DNA of 64,000 bases from a virus. The stretch lies in IMG/VR virus record IMGVR_UViG_3300017757_000001. One strand, given 5' to 3'. The notes beneath the pieces were generated by a model, which was given only the letters and a program-made list of their open reading frames with translations, was not told where the DNA came from and made no database searches. Below are positions 50,201 through 60,099 of the stretch, piece after piece. The position numbers and the translations under genes were made by a program. The first letter of the stretch is position 1. The number at the start of each line of letters is the position of its first letter.

Positions 50201-52689
50201 GAATAGGGAGAATTTAATACTCCTCCTGTTTCTAATTCTCCTGCATCATGAATTTTAGCTACTAGTGATTGAGAATAAAATTCTCCAGCTTGAGATGATG
50301 AAGGATATCCTGTTGTTTTAAATCTAAAAGCTAATCCATTTGGACATCCCCACTGATCAAAATTATTTGTTTTATCTAAAACATTTGATTGCAGTTGAGT
50401 CCATGGAACTACTATAGATGAACTAGCTACATTTTGATTAGCTATAGGTTTATAAGCATAACTATATCTTTTATACCACAAATCATAATCATCTGAATTA
50501 TCTTTATTTTTTCCACCAAATTCATTTATTCTTAATATAGTACTAGGTATACCCCATATATTAATTAATTCTCTTAATCCTGCTATTGTACCTTTTTTCT
50601 TAACTAAATAAGACATATTATGGAATAATCTTTTGAAGATTTCCTTACTTACTCTATCTATAGCATAAGGCCAACCTGGGGATTCTATAGACTCTACATA
50701 ATCATCCCATGAATAATCATCTTGCCAATAATTAATAATTTCTCCTTTATTAATAGCAATATAATTAGTAATTAATTCACTACCTGTTGGAGGAACATAT
50801 ACCCCATTATCTTCTCCTGTTAATCCAATAAAATTATCTTGGTCATTGTAATTATTTCCAAAACCATCATATCCTAAAGCAGCTATAGCATCATCTGCTA
50901 ACTGTAGAGGAATTCCTTGATCTAATTGATTTGTAGTATTGTATCTTTCAGATAATGCTTTTGTATATAACCATAATTCATCAAAATGCTGACCTGTCAT
51001 ATTAACAAAATCTAAATAATTTTCATTTTGTTGGTTATCTCTTATGAATTCAGGTACAGTATAATATAACCAGTTTGGATTACTTTCATCAAAGAAAGAA
51101 GCTGATAAATAAACTCCACCATAAACTGAACTTGTATTTTCAGTACTTCCTAACCATTCAGAAGCTGATACACTATTAGTTGGATATAAATCATAAGGGT
51201 AAGAATATGATGATGAATTTATTCCTATTTTAGGATAAGAAAGTGATGATGTATTATAATATAAAAAATATTCATATCCATCAAAGTTTGTTATTATATT
51301 TTCTACTTTATTATCTAATGTAGATATACTTTGTGAATTTAATGTTTGATTTGGTATTACAGCAGCATAACCGCTACCTGCAGTGGTAGCATTTATTGAA
51401 GTAACAGTATTACCAGATACAATTATAGACAAAAAAGCACCTGATCCTTGTCCTGTATTTGAAGGACTTATTCCAATATAACTTCCATTAGTTGCCGTTG
51501 AAGTTTGTTGGGTTATTGAATTTGCTAAATTACCAAATGTTCCTGCACCCCCAGTATTTTGAGCATATATTAAACCTCCATTTGCGTTATGATTATCTAT
51601 ATCACTTTGTTGTAAAGTAATTATAACATCATTATCTCCACCAATTATATTTTTTGAAATTGTTAATTTATCTCCAGTTACACCTGATAAAGTTTTAATA
51701 TCTGATTGGTATGATAATATTGTTGTCAACTTTTCTGCAAAATTTCTAACTCGTGCTTGGGCAGATGAGAAATTTACAAACTCCCCAAAATTATTATAAG
51801 AATAATCGGGTTGTAAATAAACTCCTTTTCTATTTAAAACAGCTTGAAGTTGAAATTCAGATGCAGTTGATGGAGAAGTAATTAAATCATTTTTAGATTT
51901 TAATTCTGTTGAATTATTTATATAATTACTTAATTTTACATTAGTATTTGGACCCTGTATATAATCAACATCATCTAAAATAATATCATCAATAACAAAA
52001 TTTACTTTATATGCTTGAGACTCAGCTACTTTTGTTGCAACATAAAGTGTATCCTTTAAAGAATATTGAGATGGTAACCCATCATATAATTTAATTAAAA
52101 CTGAATATTGTTCTTCTGATGTATCTAAATCACAATTAACACATATATGATATTCATTTTGCCCAAATGTAATATAAAATTCATCAAAATACTCTGAATT
52201 GTCTAAAGTACTTCTAAGAATATCATAAGATTGTTGTAATTCTTGATTAGAAATAAAATTAGATTTTAACCTTAACTCAGATCTGTCTGATGATATTTCT
52301 GATATATAAAATAATTTATTATATGAACTATTTAATTCTAAATTAATAAAATTATATAAAGCATATATTGTATTGTTTTGGTATCCTGCTTTATAAACAT
52401 CTTGTACAGGAGTAATAGTTAATTGATTAGTACTTGTTAATGTAGAATTGTCTGTATTAACATTATCATTTATACCCCATTCATTAAATTCATAATTAGA
52501 GGTTAATACATTATAATTTTCATCATAAACATAAAATTCAACTGTATTTATTCCAGGTTCAAAAGAAGATGAGAAATCAAAACTTGGGATTATGTTTTGA
52601 TCTGATAACTCAAACCCTTCACCATATAATAACTGTGGAGTTACTTGTTGTACAGATGAAGATATAATATTTTTATTATCAAACTGCAT
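47212..52689 (-). CDS. Large baseplate wedge protein, gp7/P2 gpI-like core (1825 aa)
   Basis: GQHFD..W, KKKGTIAGLRELINIWG (KGT motif), VPARS; follows the gp6-like gene. Confidence 0.65.
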   Translation of the reverse strand: MQFDNKNIISSSVQQVTPQLLYGEGFELSDQNIIPSFDFSSSFEPGINTVEFYVYDENYNVLTSNYEFNEWGINDNVNTDNSTLTSTNQLTITPVQDVYKAGYQNNTIYALYNFINLELNSSYNKLFYISEISSDRSELRLKSNFISNQELQQSYDILRSTLDNSEYFDEFYITFGQNEYHICVNCDLDTSEEQYSVLIKLYDGLPSQYSLKDTLYVATKVAESQAYKVNFVIDDIILDDVDYIQGPNTNVKLSNYINNSTELKSKNDLITSPSTASEFQLQAVLNRKGVYLQPDYSYNNFGEFVNFSSAQARVRNFAEKLTTILSYQSDIKTLSGVTGDKLTISKNIIGGDNDVIITLQQSDIDNHNANGGLIYAQNTGGAGTFGNLANSITQQTSTATNGSYIGISPSNTGQGSGAFLSIIVSGNTVTSINATTAGSGYAAVIPNQTLNSQSISTLDNKVENIITNFDGYEYFLYYNTSSLSYPKIGINSSSYSYPYDLYPTNSVSASEWLGSTENTSSVYGGVYLSASFFDESNPNWLYYTVPEFIRDNQQNENYLDFVNMTGQHFDELWLYTKALSERYNTTNQLDQGIPLQLADDAIAALGYDGFGNNYNDQDNFIGLTGEDNGVYVPPTGSELITNYIAINKGEIINYWQDDYSWDDYVESIESPGWPYAIDRVSKEIFKRLFHNMSYLVKKKGTIAGLRELINIWGIPSTILRINEFGGKNKDNSDDYDLWYKRYSYAYKPIANQNVASSSIVVPWTQLQSNVLDKTNNFDQWGCPNGLAFRFKTTGYPSSSQAGEFYSQSLVAKIHDAGELETGGVLNSPYSGLTDFSINLNYTGSTSGSYSGSSDSDYRLWAELTFAVSSSLGTGSDSGYEVVESDPIYLPYFDEGWWSVILQRTYYNPENGHTRPKDDYNTPSLQFIFSNSAGYGLLAPGTSEAIKIEDDQGNVAYICATDTASGLTNGDLISGTTNQYVWLSDMTSRLTKHNNLAAAINSAAAIGGGPLKLQAYGTPVVVVVLLTNQTPIQPPVTISSNILNILDGLGSNEGTTITSPVKFKLEGTMAGGKFYYTLAAANKIYDGFDGNAVGFTGSTVLVTSASYPGNLNYYMPAWDMGWNESGSASGLYIGGLQNGTRIGNPSAVSGSKTFTAPGKIFSGSLQELRYYRFGLGTEVSPFTLNEPRFHDFTMNPESIEGTEITGSHSSFGMVNFRAPLGNELEHFFTSSISTSYVEPLTSVHPAVAPEAAFLTTSSFVSGSSGTSTNNTSSDYYVVYYGNNSKRTFSETNVETYLLDQPAMGVRNRITNKIQIDDGEYYGNVLMRETSIQQDYQISRSYTEDINRIEVAFSPQDEVDDDIIQTYGFGVIADAIADPRNLYYGINAPDYYPALRRTANIYFEKYTQGNPYDYLRLIKYFDNSLFKAIKNYVPARSSITTGIVIKQHLLERSRVVPASINSHTQLAVTPETGSTPHGVVSPSESWNSPIDYIDIALSQSIPNNGFAYNPNPNNPNSVPRVILPQIVNITGSTGGSLNVFNEVQYFLDFGGDYTDTLTDNVYNPLQFGSGFRTVSGSSFSNFGSMWFNNVTSTGTGNPSYELLNNVNSGSVKARVRLDLYVQQDDDIDFVDVRWSSSQDDFTTTYQDISFTPTNEMSPESGIFANQFTTSFITPEAVEVGQITNFKIFVKPFAGMSVDVKARAFFYQEGYVNRTDSDFAQTYPFTQSTIAGDVKFIAINSHEFYDGEFSGSSIPATTQSLFDNCFLQFGGNLYDYSLYFASGSYSDVNVLNMGYSNPDTGEIQFFSGVDQGGLQKVAKNQPYPFVGF

Positions 52690-52690
52690 A

Positions 52691-53086
52691 TTAAGAATTA
52701 TTTGCTATTTCTCTTTGTACTTGTACTTGTGCTTCTCTAATTTCTCTAGAGTTTGTCATTATATTTGCCATATCTGTTCTCAATGTTAAATTTTCTTCTC
52801 TTAATTCAGCAATTTCATCAAGTAAAGCTTGTACTTCAATATTATTTGCTAAAAAATCTACATATTCACCACTTTCAGCAGCTAAAAATTGGTGAGAATT
52901 AACATCACCTTGTTTAGGAATTTCATAAAATAACTTGTTGTATAAATTAAAAAAATCTTCTACAGTAGCCAAATTTAGATCAAAAAATTGTAAATCAGAT
53001 TTATCTAATAATTGATTAAATCCTGTGTCTACAGTTTCATTAAATTTATTTTTATCAAATACTTGTCTATTTAAAATTATATTCAT
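52691..53086 (-). CDS. Baseplate-module hypothetical protein with a C-terminal coiled coil
   Basis: ORF in the operon. Confidence 0.55.
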   Translation of the reverse strand: MNIILNRQVFDKNKFNETVDTGFNQLLDKSDLQFFDLNLATVEDFFNLYNKLFYEIPKQGDVNSHQFLAAESGEYVDFLANNIEVQALLDEIAELREENLTLRTDMANIMTNSREIREAQVQVQREIANNS

Positions 53087-53088
53087 AA

Positions 53089-54504
53089 TTATCCATTTAC
53101 TACTTTAAATCTCATATCTTCATCAAATACTTGTGTTACTCCTCCAATTACAGTTTTTATTAAAATTGTATAATCTCTTTCAGGTTCTAAACCATTCATG
53201 TATACTGTAAAATAACTACTTTCACTATCAGCACTTATTTTAGTATATGTGCTGTCAAAGTCTATAATCATTTCATTAGTTTCACTATCTTTAATAGCAT
53301 ATAATGATGTATCTTCAGGTAAAAAATAATTTACTCCAAATTGAGATGCTGTTTGAAATACTCTAATTGGATATTGAGGCATAGCGGCTACTCTAAAATC
53401 AACAATACTTTGAGAGTAATATACTTGTTGATTGTTATATATAGACATTAATGCTTGATTATTTTTTAATACAGTATTAGTACTAGACCCTGTTGAAAAA
53501 TAATAATTATCCCATTTCATTTCTAATTGTGGGGGATATATAGTATTTGTATCTATTGAAAAAAATCTAAATGTAGCTTGTGTATTTATATCATTTAAAA
53601 ATTCCTGACTTCCTGATTGTTTTACAATAAAACCTTCATTTTTCTGACCAATAAGTGGATCTTTGTAATAATCTAATTGTTCTACAATTGAAGGTTTAAC
53701 ACTAACATTTAAATCAATAGGATTAGCATAAGTATAATCTTGTTTAAAATTATAAATTGTTCCATTTGAAGTAGCATAATACCATGCTGCTCCTCCTTCT
53801 TGCCCAGATACCCATGATGCTGTTACATAAGGAGAACCTACTGCAAATCCGGATGTCTGCCATTTTGTAGAACCTGAAAATGTATTCCAAGTCCAACTTG
53901 CACCATTTTGAGTTTGAGGAGAATTATAATATTTTCCTGTACCCATATCCCAACTTTGTGATATAGGATATACTTCTAAAGCTGCATCTTGACTTAGTCC
54001 ACTTACTACTGCTGCAAATAATCTAAAATTACTATCAAAATCTAAATTTTTAGTTATTACATTTAATGATACTTGGGATGAACTTACTCCTAAAGCTCCT
54101 GGTTTTATAGTATTTCCACTATCACTATAACTTGATCCTGCTTGGGTAACAAAGATTGATGTAATCGCACCCGTTCCATTTATTATTACTGTAGCTAAAC
54201 CATCTTGACCCTTACCACTTGATTCAATAGGTACATTAGTATATGTTCCTGGTGTACCATCGCTAATATTTGGAGAAAAAGTTATAAAAGAACCTACTAA
54301 TAAGCCTGTTCCTTTTATTATATAATTACTCCAAACATCATTTATTTCCTTATCTGAAAATTTTACAATAGATCTAGCCACTTGTCCCGTACCATCAGCT
54401 ACATAAGTTGAACAGTCTAGTATTTCATCTATACCAGTATTCATACTCTTAGATATAGAATATAATGTTGTGTCTTTTTCGGGAAATAATTTATATATGG
54501 CCAT
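53089..54504 (-). CDS. Structural protein with a DNRLRE-like beta-sandwich
   Basis: KDTTLYS..N-x-G, RSIVKF, SWDMGTG, N-x-GFIVK, FFS..PQLE. Confidence 0.6.
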   Translation of the reverse strand: MAIYKLFPEKDTTLYSISKSMNTGIDEILDCSTYVADGTGQVARSIVKFSDKEINDVWSNYIIKGTGLLVGSFITFSPNISDGTPGTYTNVPIESSGKGQDGLATVIINGTGAITSIFVTQAGSSYSDSGNTIKPGALGVSSSQVSLNVITKNLDFDSNFRLFAAVVSGLSQDAALEVYPISQSWDMGTGKYYNSPQTQNGASWTWNTFSGSTKWQTSGFAVGSPYVTASWVSGQEGGAAWYYATSNGTIYNFKQDYTYANPIDLNVSVKPSIVEQLDYYKDPLIGQKNEGFIVKQSGSQEFLNDINTQATFRFFSIDTNTIYPPQLEMKWDNYYFSTGSSTNTVLKNNQALMSIYNNQQVYYSQSIVDFRVAAMPQYPIRVFQTASQFGVNYFLPEDTSLYAIKDSETNEMIIDFDSTYTKISADSESSYFTVYMNGLEPERDYTILIKTVIGGVTQVFDEDMRFKVVNG

Positions 54505-54515
54505 TTTTTATTTTT

Positions 54516-56378
54516 TTATAATGCTACTACTCTACCTTTTATATCTGATGTAGGATTTTTTAATTCAAAAATCATTGGATCAATAGATGGGTAAATAACT
54601 TCATCTATAGTAGCACTTTCTACATCATAAGCGTATTTACTATATCCTAAATTTTCACCAGTTAAATTATTAACTGTTACATTTTTAACAGTTTGAACTC
54701 CTTCTACCTTATCTAATAAAATATATAAATCTTTCATTATAATAGGTTCATTTATCTGCCATTTATCAATATGGAAATACTCTGATAGAGCATCTATACA
54801 TGCTGTTAGTACTTTATTATTATTATAATTTGGTAAAACAATTATATTAAATAATACTTCTATATTAATAATAAAAGCATTTTTAATTTTAATTGAATCA
54901 TTTATCATTCTATATTGTGAAAGATAAGTCATCAAATTTCTTTTTAAAGCTTTTGATGCTGTTCTTAACTTATTGTTTATATCTTTAGTTAAAACATACA
55001 TATCTAATATTGTTGGTATTTCTCCAGGTTGATATTCTGCTATTTTAACAGGTTGAGTATATGCTTTAGCTATTGAACCTAAATTAGAAGGCATAGACGT
55101 TGCTCTAATTAAATAATCTTGTTCAGTTACTGTTCTTAATTGATTTTGAAAATTACCTACTGCATTTTGTCTTAATTCTTCAATAGTATCTCCATCAGAA
55201 CCCCCATCAGCAGCTAAAGAGTTATTAGTAGCTAATGAATTAAATATTTTATCAGCTAATGCTCCATTTGATAAATTTTTATTTAAAAATACTACATTTG
55301 TATCATCTACTATAGTTAATACATTAGAATTAACATTAGCATCTACTCCACCTCCTGTTAGATACCTTATTGTTAAAGTAGTATCAGTAGGAACTATTCC
55401 GTAAGTATCAGTAAACACAAAATTAAGAGGAGAAAATGCTGTTGTTAGTTTATTTTTTTCAAATGGTAAACCTAAACCTACATTATCTGGATTAGGAACA
55501 ATTTCTTCATCAGTTGTCTTTTGAGTACCTGCTCCAAATTGTAATTCTAAAGAACCAGAATCTAAAAATCTAGTTGCAAATCTTCTTTGAACTTGTTTTA
55601 ATCTTAATAAATAAGGAACTTCAGTATCATCTGAATAATTTGGATCATTAAATGATGTATTTCTAATGGTGTCAAACACACTTTCTTGTGCTAAATTAGG
55701 TACTTCATACCATTCATTTATATCAGAATCATATACATCTAATATTCCTATAATATCAGCAGCATTAATAGTTCTAGTAACAAACTTATCAGGTGTTGTA
55801 AAAGTTAAATTTTGTATATTAATTTTAGCTGATATAGCTTTTCTTGTCTTTTTTAATAAATAATAAGTAGGGGTTTGATTTGCTATTTGATATACTGTTA
55901 CTTCTGTAGGATCCATAGAACTTGAAGAAGAAAAATCAATTACATCTTCTACTAAAAATTGCATACTATCATCTTCATTAGATGTAACTTGTGTATTTTC
56001 AGGAATTAATAAGCAATAATCATAATCTGGTACTACTATACTACCACTTAATTTTGCTGGTACTTGTTGGTAAAAATCAATATCAACATGAGCTGCTGTT
56101 GTAACTTTAGGAACATACCCCAACATATAAGATATATGAAACAAATTTTCTTGTTGTCTGGCATATTGTATAAATGTTTCTTGGATTTGATTATCCATAT
56201 AGAAAGATAAAACATCTCCTACATAAGAAGCCATTTCCATAAATAACATACCTGTTGAAGTATCTGTAAAATCATTATAAGTATCAGGAAAGTATGTTTT
56301 TGAATATTGGATTAAAGAACTTCTAAAAGTTCCAAAATCTCTATTTAGATATCTTATATCTCTATTTATATTAGCCAT
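54516..56378 (-). CDS. Baseplate wedge protein, T4 gp6 / baseplate-J-like
   Basis: RDF..R..L, GMLFMEMASYVGDVLSFYMD, LQFGAG, GGSD-x-D, RTVTEQDY. Confidence 0.9.
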   Translation of the reverse strand: MANINRDIRYLNRDFGTFRSSLIQYSKTYFPDTYNDFTDTSTGMLFMEMASYVGDVLSFYMDNQIQETFIQYARQQENLFHISYMLGYVPKVTTAAHVDIDFYQQVPAKLSGSIVVPDYDYCLLIPENTQVTSNEDDSMQFLVEDVIDFSSSSSMDPTEVTVYQIANQTPTYYLLKKTRKAISAKINIQNLTFTTPDKFVTRTINAADIIGILDVYDSDINEWYEVPNLAQESVFDTIRNTSFNDPNYSDDTEVPYLLRLKQVQRRFATRFLDSGSLELQFGAGTQKTTDEEIVPNPDNVGLGLPFEKNKLTTAFSPLNFVFTDTYGIVPTDTTLTIRYLTGGGVDANVNSNVLTIVDDTNVVFLNKNLSNGALADKIFNSLATNNSLAADGGSDGDTIEELRQNAVGNFQNQLRTVTEQDYLIRATSMPSNLGSIAKAYTQPVKIAEYQPGEIPTILDMYVLTKDINNKLRTASKALKRNLMTYLSQYRMINDSIKIKNAFIINIEVLFNIIVLPNYNNNKVLTACIDALSEYFHIDKWQINEPIIMKDLYILLDKVEGVQTVKNVTVNNLTGENLGYSKYAYDVESATIDEVIYPSIDPMIFELKNPTSDIKGRVVAL

Positions 56379-56794
56379 TATTGTAATGATATATTTAACT
56401 CATCTTCTATTCCAAAATTTTGTATTTGATATATTAAGTTAAACTGAATTACATTTCTATCAGTTTGACCATTTTCTTTATCAAATTTTATTTCTTTTAC
56501 TTGAACAGTTGGAAAGTATGTGTTAATACCTTCTTGAATTATTGTTATTAATTGATCTTCAGTTATTTCATCTATTTGTTGAAAAAATAATGTTCTTAGA
56601 TTTCCACCAAAGTTAGGATTAAAAACTCGCTCACCTTTATTAGTTAAAATAAAGTTTAATAGATTTGCTTGAATTTGCTTCCTAGTTGTGTAAGTTGGTA
56701 CAAACACAGCATTCCCATCTAAAGGAAAACCAAAACCAATGGCTTTTCTTTTTTGAGAGTCTAAAGGATATCTATTATTAATTATTTGAGCCAT
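56378..56794 (-). CDS. Baseplate protein, gp25/GPW family
   Basis: NLLNFILTNKGERVFNPNFG. Confidence 0.9.
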   Translation of the reverse strand: MAQIINNRYPLDSQKRKAIGFGFPLDGNAVFVPTYTTRKQIQANLLNFILTNKGERVFNPNFGGNLRTLFFQQIDEITEDQLITIIQEGINTYFPTVQVKEIKFDKENGQTDRNVIQFNLIYQIQNFGIEDELNISLQ

Positions 56795-57156
56795 TATTTT
56801 TTATTCATTAATCCCATTATTTGATTCATGTCAACTTCACCTGCAGGTAATTGACCATTTGCTGTATCCATTGCTGGGTTTGGTCTAAAAGATTGTGCTT
56901 GTGAAGAATTAAATGCTCCACCTTGAGATGTTTCTCCTAAAATATTTTTATATGCTAATCTTTTTTCTGCTTCTGTCATTTGTGGTTGTGAAACATTTGG
57001 AGATGATATATTTTCTTCTATCTTTACATTTTGTGATGGAGAAGATGTAATTATATTAGGAGATTTAACAGCCTCCAGTAAAATATCCTTTAATTCTTCT
57101 TGAATTGCTTCTTTTACTGATTCTTTAATTAATTTTTTTAATGCTGATGTCTTCAT
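56794..57156 (-). CDS. Hypothetical protein with an MKTSALKKLIKE leader
   Basis: Late motif at 57163-57171. Confidence 0.55.
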   Translation of the reverse strand: MKTSALKKLIKESVKEAIQEELKDILLEAVKSPNIITSSPSQNVKIEENISSPNVSQPQMTEAEKRLAYKNILGETSQGGAFNSSQAQSFRPNPAMDTANGQLPAGEVDMNQIMGLMNKK

Positions 57157-57190
57157 TTTATTTATAAATATTAAATTATTTAACTTTTTA

Positions 57191-58867
57191 TTAACTTGTA
57201 GTCATTTCTCTTGATACAAAATTCCACTTATAATAAAAATTATTCCAATTATAAGTATCTTGTACAGGAAGTCCATTTTCATTTACTGTATTGTTTACTT
57301 TTGATTCAGATATAGATCCTGTTGTATTAAAAGGTTCTAAATTAGGAGTATAAATATCCCAACTCTGACTTGGTGGATTCCATTGATAATAATATGGTGT
57401 GTTTATGGATGATGTAGGAGATAATTTGTTAGAAGCATAGTTTATTCTAACTTGTTTTAAATTATCTATACCTGTTGTACCAAATGGAGAATACTGCATT
57501 AATTCTTCTGTATCCAACATAATAGGATCAATTTGAACTTCTGCTCGTGATTCTAAAGAAGCACTTATATCTGATGTTATTAAAAATTCTCCTGTTCTTT
57601 TTTCTATTAATGAAAAATCTTTTGGATAACCATAATAAGATCTATGACCTTTCCATTCTGCTCCTGTTATTGCTCTAGTATCTCCATTAACTTTAGTATA
57701 ATAAACAGTACCACCATCAAATGATGTATCTTCATACATCCAATATTGTCCTTGTAATGTTCCTCTACTACCAGCTGCTGTAGTAATTGAAGATGAAGCT
57801 GCCAATTCAGTATCTACTGTAACAGCTCTAGCTGCAGGAAGTAAATCTATTACAAAAAATAATTCTTCAACTAATACTTTAGTAGAAGAAGAATAAGAAT
57901 ATCCTCCACTTATGTTATATACAGTTTGTTCAAAATTATTTTTTAAACCTTGACCAGATATCACAATACTTTCTTCATTTCTTACTCCTTTTGTTCTTCT
58001 TGAAGGAAATGAAAATTCATTTTCTGGGTCACTTTCTATAGTTATTTTAAACCCTTTATAATATAGGGGATTATCAGAATTAGGATTTAATCTATCTAAT
58101 AAATCAGCATCTTCTATTTGGTTAATACTAATATCATTAAAATCTCCTACTTCAGTTAATGCAAAATTAATATCACTAAAATATTTATCTTTTACATTTG
58201 ATTCTGTTGTTTCTTCCCACCATTCAAACCCAGATGTAGATGGATTATGGTTTAAATTTCCACCCCCACCTTCAGATCCTGATCCTGCTAAAGACCCATA
58301 ATATAAACCTTCATATGTAACATTATCTCCAAAAGAATAATCTACAATATCAGACCATTCTTGACTATCTTCTAAAAACTGTTCATTAATACACATAGTA
58401 AATAATCCATCTACTTCTGATAGTCTTGATAATACATTTTTAACTTGGTCATTAATAATTTTTACAGATTCAGGTATTACTCCTACTATTCCTTTTCCTT
58501 TTTTTATTAATTCCCCAAGCATATCTAATGAATCAGCAAATATTGTAATTATATTAACTGGAATACCTACACCAGGAGGAACTGATGTTGGTAAGGGGAT
58601 TGCTTTAATTACTTTTACAGCTGCACTTAAACCTTTTAATAATTTACTTGTTGAAGTACCTACTTTTTCTAATGTAGTTAATGTTGCTGATAGTGCTTGT
58701 AACCCATTACTAATTTGATTTTTCTTTTGGATTAAAGCTAATAATTCAGGTTTAGGAGGGCATGCCTCTTCAAATTTTGCAATAAGGTCATCAATAGCTA
58801 CATCAAACTTAGTTGTTGCTTTTGCGGAACGTAGTACTGAACTTAATATAATTTTGTCTAAACCCAT
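57191..58867 (-). CDS. Baseplate-hub-region protein with a CBM5/12-like insert
   Basis: W..DYSFGDNVTYEGLYY..N..P..WW motif. Confidence 0.55.
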   Translation of the reverse strand: MGLDKIILSSVLRSAKATTKFDVAIDDLIAKFEEACPPKPELLALIQKKNQISNGLQALSATLTTLEKVGTSTSKLLKGLSAAVKVIKAIPLPTSVPPGVGIPVNIITIFADSLDMLGELIKKGKGIVGVIPESVKIINDQVKNVLSRLSEVDGLFTMCINEQFLEDSQEWSDIVDYSFGDNVTYEGLYYGSLAGSGSEGGGGNLNHNPSTSGFEWWEETTESNVKDKYFSDINFALTEVGDFNDISINQIEDADLLDRLNPNSDNPLYYKGFKITIESDPENEFSFPSRRTKGVRNEESIVISGQGLKNNFEQTVYNISGGYSYSSSTKVLVEELFFVIDLLPAARAVTVDTELAASSSITTAAGSRGTLQGQYWMYEDTSFDGGTVYYTKVNGDTRAITGAEWKGHRSYYGYPKDFSLIEKRTGEFLITSDISASLESRAEVQIDPIMLDTEELMQYSPFGTTGIDNLKQVRINYASNKLSPTSSINTPYYYQWNPPSQSWDIYTPNLEPFNTTGSISESKVNNTVNENGLPVQDTYNWNNFYYKWNFVSREMTTS

Positions 58868-60099
58868 TATTTATCTACAATTGCTGTTTTTGATTTATAT
58901 CTTTCTATTTTATTTAACATAGTATTAGCTGCTGATTGTAATTGTACAGCAGCTGCAGGAACAGCTGGATTTGGAACCCCCGGTGCAGGTGTTCCTATTG
59001 GTGTTTGTAATGCTAAACTTGTTGTTATTATTTTTGCTACTAATTTTTGGAAATCTCTTAAAAATTCTTTTCCTAAAATTACTGGTTCTTTACCATTTTT
59101 ATCTCCTAACATAATTTTATCAGAGGATATTATTGTTTCTTTAGTATCAATATTAATACTATTTATCGAATTTAAATTTATTGATTCTTTTGAACTAAAT
59201 AAAATAGAATCTGTTTTTGAATTAAATAATAATCTTCCTGAATTTAAAATTATTTGATTACCATTATATACATTTGTTCCTATAGGTTGAGTACTATATG
59301 AATCATAATCTTTACTTGCTACTTCTATAGGTAAATCTTGTGTTGAAGTTAAATATATACTTGATTTATCTTCATTTATATTTTCTAATATAGGAATCCA
59401 TGGATCTTGATCTTCTTCAGTTTGTCCATTTCTTATTATAGTAAGAGGATCACCATTTTCCCCTGAATCAGACCATGGGTTTGGTATATTTGCTTCTTTT
59501 ACAGTTGAACCAAATCTTATACTTTGACCCCATCTTCCCTCATGAAATATATCTCCCTCATAAGGTTGTAAATTTCTAATATCTAAACGTTCTTCAAATG
59601 TATCCCCTAAATCTATTTCAGTTCCTCCATCTGTTACTCTTCTAACAGCTCCAGCTTCAGTTTGTTGATAATCAGATTGTTGAGCTGCTGGTAATTCTTC
59701 ACCATTAATTGGATCTGGTATTGCATTGTGGTGGGTACTTCCCCAAATATTAATAGGTTGAAAATAATAATAACTTGTAGAACTTACATTTGATTGAACA
59801 TTAGAACTAGGTAAAGCTATAATATATACTACTTCATTTTCTAATGGAAAATTTTTGTTACTAGGAAATAATGGTCTTGCAAAGTTATCAGTTGAAAAAT
59901 TTCCAGGATTAGGCGCTCCTAGTCGTGTATAAAATATACATCCTATAGATGCCCACTCACCAAAATCTTTAAAAACTTGTGGTTCAGTTTTATCATCTAA
60001 AACACAATATCTTACCCTACCAGCAAATACTCCTTTACCTGAGGATTTTTGGTTTGATTTTGAATTTGCTGAACTTAAACCTGTAGCTCTTCTAGCCAT
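58867..60099 (-). CDS. Baseplate hub / spike protein, gp5-like
   Basis: OB-like N-terminus (PLENEVV..YYF), EGRWGQSIRFGST, beta-repeat C-terminus, EPVILG. Confidence 0.65.
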   Translation of the reverse strand: MARRATGLSSANSKSNQKSSGKGVFAGRVRYCVLDDKTEPQVFKDFGEWASIGCIFYTRLGAPNPGNFSTDNFARPLFPSNKNFPLENEVVYIIALPSSNVQSNVSSTSYYYFQPINIWGSTHHNAIPDPINGEELPAAQQSDYQQTEAGAVRRVTDGGTEIDLGDTFEERLDIRNLQPYEGDIFHEGRWGQSIRFGSTVKEANIPNPWSDSGENGDPLTIIRNGQTEEDQDPWIPILENINEDKSSIYLTSTQDLPIEVASKDYDSYSTQPIGTNVYNGNQIILNSGRLLFNSKTDSILFSSKESINLNSINSINIDTKETIISSDKIMLGDKNGKEPVILGKEFLRDFQKLVAKIITTSLALQTPIGTPAPGVPNPAVPAAAVQLQSAANTMLNKIERYKSKTAIVDK

